Positions 37,906-50,200 of a stretch of 64,000 nucleotides of DNA are shown here, in pieces. The stretch spans positions 3,162,001 through 3,226,000 of the forward strand of contig OZ176055.1 in the NCBI GenBank assembly GCA_964247055.1. Direction: 5' to 3'. The stretch's first letter is position 1, and every line of letters starts with the position of its first letter. The position numbers and the translations under genes are program-made. The notes under the pieces are model-generated. The model made no database searches. It saw only the letters and a list, made by a program, of their open reading frames with translations, and was not told where the DNA came from. This stretch comes from Paragordius varius (taxonomy: Eukaryota; Animalia; Nematomorpha).

Positions 37906-38270
37906 TTACATAAAATTTTTAACATTAATGTCATGATGATATCGAGGTTTGGATTGCTGAGAAATTGTCCTATTACTTTGTATTAGTTGTATCTATGAAA
38001 TAAATTAAATATTACATGTTGCCCTTCTAAAATATGTTTCGCAGTTGCAATTTGACCCATACAATTATCAGCCATAGTTATGAAACCGTACCCTTTACTT
38101 AGTCCTGTAGATTTATCCTTGTTTATTAAAAAAATCTTACAAATATGACTTGAGAATACATAACGTTTCCAAATTTGGAGAAATAATCGCGTAATTCCCC
38201 TAGCATTATTATTAAACTTACTTCTTCCTACAGTCCACGGTAACCGGTTTACAAATAATTTAAAAACCAT
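37906..38270 (-). CDS. SLIRP: SLIRP-like single-RRM RNA-binding protein
   Basis: Exons 38270-38222, 38199-38141, 38117-38016, 37992-37906 give MVFKLFVNRLPWTVGRRELRDYFSKFGNVMYSQVIFDKSTGLSKGYGFITM...KHILEGQHIQL. The FVxRxPWT, FDKxTG and HILEG motifs match SLIRP. Introns are 22, 23 and 23 nt. Confidence 0.88.
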
Positions 38271-38330
38271 AATTTTTCCAGATGTAGAACGTTTTTATAA
38301 ATTTTTTTTACATACTGCCTATTTTTTTAA

Positions 38331-38893
38331 CACTTGGATACAACACACTCATTTTAGTCTTTCGAATTAAATTGGGGTAGTTGGATACCCCAGGCCTGTT
38401 TAAAAACAAATACTTTAAAAAGTATGGAAGGAATCGAAACCATGGCAAAATAACATTAACAAACCGAAATATATAAAAGATTTTTATCAAAAATATTTGA
38501 TATTACTTATTTTAAGCTAAAACCGAAAGGTAAAAATTTGTCAACGTGACATGTGTGAAATGGTAAACTTAAAAAATAATACAAATAAAACCGCTTTTTC
38601 TATTTCTATCAATGTATTATTAAATATAGATAAAAAATTATCCTTTATTATAACCTTAAAATTAAATGAAGACGATATTTTGCAAAAATTTTGTAAAATA
38701 AAAATGGCGTCTAAATAGTTTGACATGAAAAATTTTTTCAAAACAAAATTTTGTTTGGATATTTTGGCATATTTATATAATTTTTATTAGGATAGAAGCA
38801 TAAATTTAAATTGGGACCGTTTCCTTCAGTAGTTTTTTAAAAATATTAATTTAAAATTCGGGGTATTTAAATACCCCAATTTGAATCGAAGTG
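38331..38893 (-). mobile_element. piggyBac-like MITE
   Basis: TTAA target duplication at 38327-38330 and 38894-38897, with CACTT/AAGTG termini. Confidence 0.8.
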
Positions 38894-40003
38894 TTAATGT
38901 TATTACACGCGATAAATACTTCGTTAAGATTTGGGGTACTTGGCATTTGTAAAAAATATCAATATGGAATATATACTCATGATCTATCGGGATAATTTTA
39001 TATCCTAGAGCGGGAAATAGTTTTTAAGATATTAAGCGATCAAGAATGCTTTCTTTAGCCTTTTAGGCGCATTATTATTAATTTTAATATTAGTATTCCA
39101 TTGGATCCTATTTTGAAGTTATAATTTAAGACTATAAACACAAAATTGCATAAAATAGGACTTCGTACAGGAGAAAAATGCTTGATCAATATTAACACTT
39201 CATTACTTTGTATCTTTTTTATCCTAGTTTTGCATTGTGGATTATATCTAGAAATTTTGTAAACTATAGTTTAAGTTATTTTAGTCAAAATTTAATTATC
39301 AAACGTTGTTCTAATCAGACAAAAAATTTTTACAATTTTGTAACAACTACTTATGGCAAACACGACGACGGGACAAAACAGCTGGTATCAAAATCAAAAT
39401 ATATCAAAATGCTGGTAAAATGTAGCCGGAAAGCTTTTTAAGTTAATTATTATTTTCATTTTCCAACGATAATATACATTTTTGTCTTTTGCATTGGCGT
39501 CGGCTTAATACCTTAAATATTTTTTAAGATAATTAAATATCAAATGGCTCTAGGATATAAAATTATCCCAAAAGATAAATGAATCTTAAATAACTTTTAA
39601 AAGAGTAGTTTATTTACAAGAAACTCTAGAAAAGCCACATATGTCATTGTGGACAAGATTTTTTAAAACTAACACACATCGATGCACCAAAATTATAAAA
39701 AATAATTACCTAATATGACTTAATACTTATTTATAGTAAACATAATAAGAACTAAATAAAAATAATGTTATGAATCTGCTCTGTTAATATTGGCTCAAAA
39801 TATCCAATATAAAGTTAAAATTTGCACATATAATTATTCGATTCATGATGGTCGCAAATTTTCCGATATGGATCAATAAAGGTGTAATTTATTTTTAAAA
39901 TAATAAATAGGCTCAAAATAACAAGCATGAGAATCCGGATGTATTTTTCTATAAAATAAATTTCGCCAAGTTATATTTCTGTGCGCACTGTGTAAGCTTA
40001 GAA

Positions 40004-40278
40004 AATGGGTGTCCAACACAAATGCCATGGCGGGCCGCATTTTTAGATCGAAAACTCCTACGAGTCGCTTGGCAAAATATATGGAAAAATATATCATTAG
40101 ATTTTGTACTGTAAAAATCACTATTAATTTTAACAATTATTGATAATTAATTTCCGGAATTTGGAAAAACTTCCGAAAATTTCGTTAAAGAATTTTATTT
40201 AGATTATCTAAAATCATTTATTTAAAATTTCCCACGGGCTGCAGAAATTTATGAAGTGGCGCGTGTTGGACACTCCTG
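40004..40278. mobile_element. hAT (Charlie-like) MITE
   Basis: gggtgtccaacac...gtgttggacactcctg, flanked by gcttagaa/gtctagaa 8-mers. Confidence 0.7.
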
Positions 40279-41164
40279 GTCTAGAAAATGAGTTCAAGTA
40301 GCCTTTATAGCTCTTAAGATAATTGTTACGTTGAAGTTTTACCGACGCATTCAGCTGATACAGTCTCAGAGATATATTAATATAGTGTGGATAATATATA
40401 TTTTATTGGTCCTTAATCCCATCTATAAATAAAATTCTTACATTATGATCTTTATAATTAAAATCCTAAAAATCTATTACTTATTTTGCATTTCTTGCCA
40501 GGCATTGATATTTAATAGGGCAACTAGCTTAGATATGCGTAATTAATGCTCTAATGTAAGGTAGAATGTGACACTAAATAAAAAAAACACAAAAATTATT
40601 AAATAAAATTAAACTTATATGCAATTATATTTCTGTGGCTTTTACCCTTAATCTTTTATAAACTATGACCGTCATATTACAATTTGAAAACAATGATTAT
40701 TATTTCAGAAGTTAAATAAAAAGTTTTAGGATAAAATCAGGTCAAAAAATTTCCGACATACACTCTCCTTGCTGTTTTCGATCAGTTTTCGCATTAATAA
40801 TTATTACTGTCGAATGATAAATATTCCAATTATAGATAAACTGTTGAGTTGTTTGTAATATATTTATTCCAAAATGACAAATAAAATTATAATTTATAAT
40901 ATATAGAAAGAATATGTAATTTTATAAAATAGGAGTTTTATCCAAAATTAATTTGGTTATCTGCTTAATTTCGTTTTTTATGTCACATTTTTTTGGTTAT
41001 GCATGCATAAGACTAGTTTTTAATCTTTTGGACCATATAAACGAATAGTTGTTTTCTGGAAATGTTATTTATCTATATACTTATTATTAAACTTAATTTA
41101 TATTTCTCATTAAATATATTTTTGAAATTTTTAATCCAAACCATTTAAATTAACTAACTCTATT

Positions 41165-44100
41165 ATGTCATTATTAAAACCCTATAATTTATGGAAGCAA
41201 AAAAATGTTTTAAGCAATATCATATTCCTCCGATTGTTACGTTCGTCATACAATTTAGCAGACTTGAAAGTATTCACGAAAAAACCATCCGCACTTTCTG
41301 AGCCCGAACATGTTACTTATGATGCTAGCCTTGTTAAAAAACGAAAAAGGTCAGAAATGCCGAAAGGACCGTCTTGGAATGTACCCTTACTCGGTTATTT
41401 TCCATTTATGACCAAAAATCCTCACATACATTTCTATGAATTGATTCAAAAGTATGGACGTATCTATAGTTGTAAGTTTGGTCGTAATCCTGGAGTCGTC
41501 CTTAATGATTGGGATGACATAAAAGAAGCTTTTGTGACACGTGCGAATCAATTCACAAATCGACCACTTGTTTACACCTATAGATTGGGTAGCCAGGGTC
41601 ATGGTATAAATTTAAGTTTATATAAATAAAATGTTGTGTATTCAGTACATTTCTATCTTTAAAAATGGTCGACATCTTGCTTTAGTATAACTGATTAACA
41701 TCGGATTATAATATTCGTTCCAAATATAGGGTATAATATTTAAATAGGTGAAATTAAGCAATGAATTTTTTATGTCAAATATTTTAAAACTACCCTATCA
41801 ATTTACTATTTATTTAAAATTTATTAAAGCATCCGTACAAGTTGTCAATATATTAAGACAGTAAGTCAAATTCGTTTGAGGTAATCTTGCCCTCTTATAA
41901 AATATCTTATGGGGATAGAAAATACTTTTCTGGTCATTTTGATATCATTATATGTTTAATTAAATTATTTTATCATTGATAACAATTTGAGTTTTATGGA
42001 CTATTATGGCCATGCGAATGAGTCATGTGAATAAGCCGACTCAAGTGGTTATCATGTCCTATGTTTTAATTTTAAGATTTTCAAACTTTGTTGAATCACA
42101 TAAATAATTGCTTGAAAGCTTCATAGCGTAGCCGCATTCATCAAAATTCGGGACTCACTTCACTCATATGGCCCTATTTATCACAGTGATTGTGGGGATA
42201 ACATAATTTAATATGCGTATCATCCTTTTTTGAAATATTAGTATACAAATAAACGGATCAAACAAATTAAACAAAAATGAATGCATTTATTTTTAATTGT
42301 TTTTGGTTTTTGTTACTCCAAATAACCAAAAAATTAGTTATTTGTGAAAAATAAAATTCACATTATTAAGATAACTGCCCTATTTTAAAATCAAAAACCA
42401 TGATTTAATTAGTATATAGGCGCTGTTTGTTCTTAAAAGCTTATCAGGGATGAGACGCGGTCATTATTGGAGTGTCTACTGTATTTAAGTTTTGTTTAAA
42501 TTGTTAATATTTTGTTTCAAATACTTCTAGTTAAATTTTCTTTATTCAAGCATATATTTAATTATTAGATTATAACCGTTTAGGTTTTAAAAATTGTTTT
42601 TACCGGGACTAGGGTTCATTTTAATAGTTCAATATTTTAATAAGTTTATATGTTCATGTATGTACTCTCAAAAGGTATAATACAAGCAGAAGGATCCTAT
42701 CGAAAAAATCAAAAGAAGTTTTTGATCCAAGCCATCAAAAAAGTCAACGATAATCCCAACTTCATCGCATTTTTAAATAACGAGGTAAGTCAATTTTACT
42801 TTATTATTTTGGAATTATTTCTTTATATGTAAAATGTAGATGCTTATTAAAAAATATATTTATAACGAGAATAGTTGAACCTAATGGCCCACTTTCCCCT
42901 TATCATTATAGCGCTTTACTAATTTTTTTTGCGCTTTATAGATTCTTTTTATTCTAACAAACCAAAAAGCTTATGGTGTTGCCAGTTATACAGATGGTTT
43001 CGGACCGAATTTTCGAATAATTTGAATTTTTAATTCATAGCATTTGATTAATTAATGCTGTTATCAATTTCTATAAATATATCTTACACTAGTCGACAAA
43101 TTTGGACATTTTTGAGCACCACCACTCAAACTTTTAAATTATGACTAATTTCAGTGTTTTAAAACCGAATGTGAAAAAATTTTTGATCCCGCCAATCACA
43201 ATTTTGAAATATTATAGGTTTTTCAATTTTTCAAAAACAAGAGAAAATCGAGAGAAAATTAAATATAACTTTATAATAAAATGTTTTTATATTATAAACT
43301 TAATATCATTTATTAAAGCGTTTTAAACTCTATCTTTTGAATATAAATATGTCATTTAAATATCAGAGAGAAAAAAATAGTACCGACTTAAACGTCAAAA
43401 TTTAGCCTTTTACTTTCAAGTGAATTTTTAATACGTATAAAAAAATTTAAAAAATACTAAAAATGGCATTCTATGGTTTAAACCTTCGGCTTTCAGATAG
43501 GCTATATTTTTTTTTGTTAGTTTTCGTTCTTTCGAGTACTTATTAGGCTTTTTTTCTTGAGTTGGTTCCTACAAAAAATCCTTTATTTATACCTAGTGGA
43601 TATACTTTATTTTTTAAAATTATTGGTTGTTTTGTATTTTTAATTTGAGATGGATGTTGTGTAGCCACTTTTAGTAGAATTTACTATTATGGGATTGGAC
43701 CATTTGTATTTACCTAATCTTTTTATTCAATTTAATTGTAGAATTTATCTAACTTTATTCTGTCAATTGGTTAATTTGACATGTCAATTTGCCTGGATTT
43801 TGCTTGCAAGTCTCTCTTATCGGGCTTTACGATTACTTATTGTTCTCTTTGCCATATCTGGCATAATCGGATCGCTTGGGGGATATGCAGAGCTTGTGCA
43901 GCCGCCCGGATCTATCACACTATACATAAGCCCCTCTTAGATTTTAAATACTTTGGCTCTTAGCTTGTTTAGTATCTTATTTAATGCCTGTAATTTTTAT
44001 TTCATGCATGGAATATTACTTGTATCGACTTGTTCGTTCGAATTAAACATATGTACACGAGGAATGATTGTTATTTTTAAATTAAATGCAAATTTAAAAA

Positions 44101-47100
44101 TTAAATTTCGGAAAAATCCTATTGGTGGCCTCAATTTTCTTTTTTGTTTTGGCCTTTCCATGCCATTAAATATCAGAAAATGCAAAAATAATGGGGTGGT
44201 GCAAAACCTTGTTGAGCAGTGTTATTTATATATTTTCTTCTTTCGGCAAACACCAAAATGTCTATTATTGCATTTTATTATTTGTAGCCTTAGTTTAAAG
44301 TTTTGCCCCCTTTAAGTTTGGAATTGTTGATTATAGGTATACCATTTACAGCTCAAATTCACCCTCGAACAATGAATTCACCCTGAAAAAAAACTAAGTC
44401 TGTTCGAATATTAACTACATTTAGGGTAAATTAGGGTAAATTTTAATTATTCAAGGGTGAATTTGATTGTTCAAAGGGAAATTTGAAAAGTTCAAAGGTG
44501 AATTTAAATTTTTCAAGGGCGAATTTGAGCTGAAAATGTAATATTATAAAATTTCTAATTATAAATTTGCACAATAACTTTCACTATCAATCAATCTATA
44601 TCCTTAGATCAAAACATTATGCGAAGCCATTGATTCTTTGATTTCCAATCCATCAAATAGGATTTACAGGGATCGTAAAACAAAAGAAATTTACCGAGAG
44701 ATCGATTTACGAAAGTTAGTGGAGAGATGTTTCATAAATGTGGCGTGTGGTTTAGTGTTTGGGTATCGATATGATTACACTTCCGAGGAGATTACCCATT
44801 TCATGCATGAAGTGGAGAAAAATTTTGAGTTAGTAGGTAATAGTTTGCGTAAAATATAATTATTTATAAAACGTTTTTATAAATCAATTTTTAGGCCAAA
44901 AAACACAGCCTCTAAATGTACTGCCACCATGGTTAAGAGACACAACACTAGTTAGAAAATTATTTGCATACGAAGAATTCTTCGAATCCCTAAACTATAT
45001 GAGCCGGTTTATGCTGAAACACATAGCTCGAATAATTAATGAACGTGAAGCAGGAGGTTTTATACCTTTTTTGGTTAATAAATGATTTATAGGCGTCAAA
45101 TTTTTTTAATTGTATTTCTCAGTATTCACACTATAGTTGGGCGATTTGCAACATATTAGTGTAAGGAAAAAACAATAAAATATTGAAAAAAACAATTTTT
45201 TTTTCTTTTTTCCATACACATTTGTTGCAAATTGCCCAACTATAGTGTGAAATAAACAACAGCGTGTTAATTCTGATAAAAAAAATAGATTTTTCGGGTG
45301 ATTTTGGGAAGATATATTTAAGTATTTATCCGTTACTGTCTCTAATGTCATGGCTTATAAATAGATCAGATGTTTAGCACATTTAGCTTTGTGCTTTTAA
45401 TACGCTTGTATCATAATTTAAGCTTCATTACTTAAAAAACCAATATGAGATGTTAAAATTATTTACAACCTAACAGTGGATTAGAATAAAGGCAAAATCG
45501 CTAAAACATTATAATATATTATATTTATTATTCTCCCTAGTAATCCGTAAAGATAGGCCCTTATGCCTGGTGGACATATATTTAGATAAAATGTATAATG
45601 ATGAATCGCAATTCGGATATGCTGGGTTTGCTGGTAAATCATTGGATTTTGTTGTACCTCCAAAGCCATTAAATATTTTAAAAGAGTTGACTTCACAGGG
45701 CTTTATTCAAGAATTTATTACGGGTGAAGAGTTAGGGCTTAAATTTATGGAGGATAAGGATAGAATTTTACAGACACCATCTTTTAGTGGGAATGCAATC
45801 GAAAAATCTTACAAAGAATTTTTGGTGCGCGGTAACGTTCAACAAGGTTTCACAGGTTTTTGTTTCATAAAAAAAACTTTTGATTTATTCATAGGTTATA
45901 TAATTTAGATATTATATCTAGTTTTACTCATACAATTTATGCTCATCAAAGTTTGTTTATAATTTAAAAGTAATATCTGCTCAATTCCTACCTATTATTA
46001 TTATTATCCAAAATTTTATTTTACTTCTCACATCTTATAATATAGGTGCAGATATGATAGCTAGTTTAATGGAAATATTTTTGGGTGGGACAGAAACTAC
46101 TGCGGCTGTAATGCGATGGGCCCTTTACCATATGTCTATGAGACCTGATATTCAGGAGTCCGTTTTCGAAGAAATTGACAAATTTAACACAGCAAATTTT
46201 GTTGCGAATGCGAAAGAATCGGTACTAGAAAACTTTACTTTTCCTTATGAGCTGAAAGATGAATTACCTTACAGTCAAGCAGCTTTGATGGAAGTTCAAC
46301 GTCGAGGTAAATACTATATTGATTATTATATTAAGTTTCAGTTGGTTATAAATTAGTAATTTTAAACATTTTTGTTATCTTATTCCTATCAATATATTTA
46401 TTTGATATTAACTTTAGATATTGGAAAATATATGAGGCAATATCAATATTTTTAAAAAATGTTCCAAACTAGTACAGCTTATTAGTTTTTGTAAAGAGAC
46501 AAATTAAAATTTGTCGCTTTATCGATATCTATCCATAATATTTAATAACGCTTCCACATCTTTTTTTGTTCACATTTAGCCTCAGTGGCACCAATTGGAA
46601 TTTTTCATGCAACCTTGTATGAATGCCCAGCCTTCAAAAAAACTTACCGAATACCTGAGGGAGCCCATGTCGTTTCCAACATCTATGCCGTACAACATGA
46701 TGAGAGGTATTGGCCAAACCCATTTGAAATCATGCCTGAGAGATTCCTTAAGCCACACACATCCGAAAATAGCGTTGTTGATGGTATAAAAGAGGAAAAT
46801 ACACCAAGTTCGAAAGAAGTGAAATATCAATATACGGAAGCTAAACCCAGTCTTATGCCATTTTCTATAGGTATATATAGATGCAGACAGATGTTTAGTT
46901 ACTTGTGCGTTGAATCATCATATAAATTTTTATAATAAAAGCTTTCTACAAAGTCTATCATATATAAAAATATTCATAAAATCAACTCGTAAAATCGATT
47001 TCTTATGCATATCTATCTATCTATATTATTTTACCGCACAAATCTAAAAGGGTTACGAACATGTATTGGTCAATCAATTGCAAAAAATGAATTATTTGTC

Positions 47101-47265
47101 GGCTTTGCTCACCTCATGTGGCGTTACAAATTTCGTTTGTCACCCGACACACCTGTACCAACTCGAAAGGGCAAATTTGGGGAAGAGGTTGAAGGCGTCA
47201 TGACAACTATTTGGAGTCCTCCACATTTTAAGCTGCTTGTCCAGCACAGGGGCAAAAACAAATGA
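41165..47265 (+). CDS. Cytochrome P450, clan 2 (CYP2/CYP18/CYP306-like)
   Basis: Exons 41165-41603, 42675-42784, 44608-44836, 44895-45056, 45541-~45831, 46046-46306, 46580-46870, 47051-47265 are all phase-compatible. Motifs present: PKGP, I-helix GGTETT, K-helix EVQR, PERF and heme-binding FSIGLRTCIG. Confidence 0.96.
43087..44221. mobile_element. Tc1/mariner-like non-autonomous element (~1.14 kb), copy 1, in P450 intron
   Basis: TA|CACTAGTCGACAA...TTGTTGAGCAGTG imperfect TIRs, with a near-identical direct copy at 56767-57907. Confidence 0.75.
44342..44539. mobile_element. Foldback-like MITE (family B)
   Basis: TA|CCATTTACAGCTCAAATTCACCC...GGGCGAATTTGAGCTG with 21-bp subrepeats. Confidence 0.75.
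45121..45258. mobile_element. Small MITE (~135 bp)
   Basis: TIRs tattcacactatagttgggcgatttgcaac / gttgcaaattgcccaactatagtgtgaaata; a second copy lies at 58714-58853. Confidence 0.75.
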
Positions 47266-50200
47266 TAAAAGACTTGTAACTTAAGACATCTCTGTAATTT
47301 ATATCATAGTATTTTATAATTACGATTTTGTGTAAATCCATATATATTTTATAAATTTGTTAGTGTAATATACGTATAATCAGTATTATAATTTGGAAGA
47401 AAAAGTATGTGTGCTAATCGTTTTATCACATTCAATTTCAAGCTCATACCATTTTCACCAATTTCAACATAATCATAAATTTATTAAATGTTAATCAGGC
47501 CTGAACAGGTATTAATTTAGATATAAAAATGTCGAAGTTAGTTGAAAAAGATATAATTTAACATATTAGCCCATTTTCTTTGAATCAATAAAATAAATTA
47601 GTAAGGATTTTATTGATAAATTCTTGAGTTTATTTATGATAATTTTATTAATATAATGTTTCTCACATCTAAAGAATGATAATGAGCCAAAAAGAATTAG
47701 TTATATTTTTGTCTCAATTATTATTATTTTAACAAAAGATTTTGCTAAAAATGGCTAAATAAATGTGACTTTTACTATTATTATTATATGGTAAATTCTT
47801 GTCATTGTATAAGTTCTAAATAAAACTTTTCCAAAAAAAATTAGATTACTTTGGAAAATTACAAGCATCGGTAATAAATTCAAATTAATTTCTGTATTCC
47901 TAAAATTAAATAGGATAATAATACAAATTAGGATGAGTTTTTTTATAAAATGATAAGATCTATAAAAGCTGTTACAATATTTTTCTGAAGATGTGTTACA
48001 TTAATCTATATTTTATCTATTTTAGGGACCATGCGTTTTGAAAGATAAAATTCTTGGATAGAGTGAACAATAATAGTTTTATAACGGGCTTTTTGGTTAT
48101 TAGATTCGATAATTTATTGAAGGTGTTTTGCGTTAATAAATTGGTATATGTCTAAAGAGTTATTAAGGTTACCCTGGATTTAAATTTTAAATTAGTGAAT
48201 ATTGACGATTTTTTTACGTTTTTGTTTCCCCAAAATGAATTAGTTTGATTTAAACAAGACTCGAGTGACACTTCTCATTTTTTTACGGACTTTGACGCCA
48301 GAAGTAATAAACTTATTGTTTTGAATATTGTTTTGGAAAAAAATTATTTATAAAACCCCATTGTCATGTATTAGATAAAAAAAAGCTTAGAATTTTACGA
48401 AAGCTCCAAAACACAATTAAAAAACATCTGATAATCAATAAAAAAAATGCTTTCCATAATTATTTTAGAATGTATTATTATCATAAAATACATTTATTTG
48501 GCTGTCGTATATATGATTAAATAAAAATATGGCAGCAAAAAGTTTGATAAGGATATTTTAAAATTAATTTAATTTAAATTCTTTTGTATCATACAAATAA
48601 ATTTGGTCTAATGCTAAAAATGTTTTTCGAGATATTTAAATTTTAACGGCCTTTGGGGCTTTCAGGTCATGAAGTGTTAAACCTTTAATTAAGATGACTT
48701 TCAAATAAATTTTCTCCAATCGAAGAGTGGAAGCAAAATACCAGAGTACGTCAAAAACAATTTAATCTCAACTGTGATATTATATAGGGTATGTATAACT
48801 TACAATCGATATGTTTAAACTTTATTATTAGTAAGGTTATGTTGATCTATTCAAACCCTGTCATATCTTAAATATCATTCATAAAGTAAATATGCTCAAC
48901 ACAAATGACTTCGGTAGCCGCATTTTTGAATCAAAAACAGTGGATGTAGCCAAATATATCGGAATTAATGAATTTTATTAAATTTGAAATATAAGCAGGT
49001 AGCTTGCATTTCTGGCGCCCGATGCATGAAGCACCTCCGTGCGACCCCTTGCATTTTAAAAAATAAATCAAGTTTAAATCGTGGTCATGATCACTCATAA
49101 ATGGGTGATATTTTATGTATTTTTTAAAATATATCTAATTGAAATATTTCTATCCGACGCCCCTTTAACTATGGAGCCGGGTGCATCGGCCCCCTTTCCC
49201 CACCTCTAGCTAAGCCTCTAGGATTTTAAAAGATCACACGAAAACAATACTATTGCTACTAGTTATCATACCAATTTTTAGTTTGATGCAAAAGACTTTT
49301 TAAAATTTTTTAAATAACATTTTACCGATTAAAATGTTCCGCAGGCGAAAATGTCCCAAAAGACCGCGTGGTTGACATCCCTGAATTAAAGCACTAAAAT
49401 TTTAAAATATTAAACTTTTGAGGGGATATGTCCTGATTTAATATATGTCATTGTTCGTTAATATCTCCTACCAAAACAGTTTTTATTAATTTATTTATAA
49501 AAAAGGATCATTTACCTAATTAATTTGGCCATTTATGCATAAAGTTTTCTGTATTTCACATTAAATTTTAATTAAAATGCAATGCAATAACATTAAGTAA
49601 TAATTGTTTTATATGCATGAAAGTATGCAACCAATATTTTAAATTAATTAAACTGTATGATAAAATATAAATAGGCATTCGTAGTAAATTATAATATTTT
49701 AATGATTTTTGGCTTATTTTAAAAACTGAAAATGTAAATTATTTTCTCCTTCCTGATAATATTTGGACATTGTTGAGAAATACAAGGTCAGTTAGTTTTA
49801 AAAAACAGAAAAAGCTTTGATTTTATATAGTTTGTACTTATCCATAATTTTTTTATCTAAAAGTAGTTTTAAACAGATGCAAAATTTTTATAATGCGATT
49901 TCATATTAACATTCTGTACTTTTATAAATTTCCCACCTTCCTTATATTATTATAGTTTATAAGACATTTTGATCTTTAAAAATTCCAATGATCACTTATT
50001 TTTAATTAATAGAAATTTGTGCAAAAAAAGTTGTAAAGTGCTTAATCCTAGTTGCTTAGTAATTGTTGTAGGTACAGATATAATTTAGGATTAGGTGGGC
50101 TTGTGTAGGATTATAAAGAAAAATAAAAGATGGTTTTTATATCCAAACACGAAAACAAATCTCACTTATCTGTAAAGATTATATAATTAAAAAAATAGTA

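Noticed and set aside
43141-44315. ORF-track proteins at 43141-44315 and 56822-58007
   Set aside because: They lie in a repeated non-autonomous transposon, and the frames are not conserved between the two copies.
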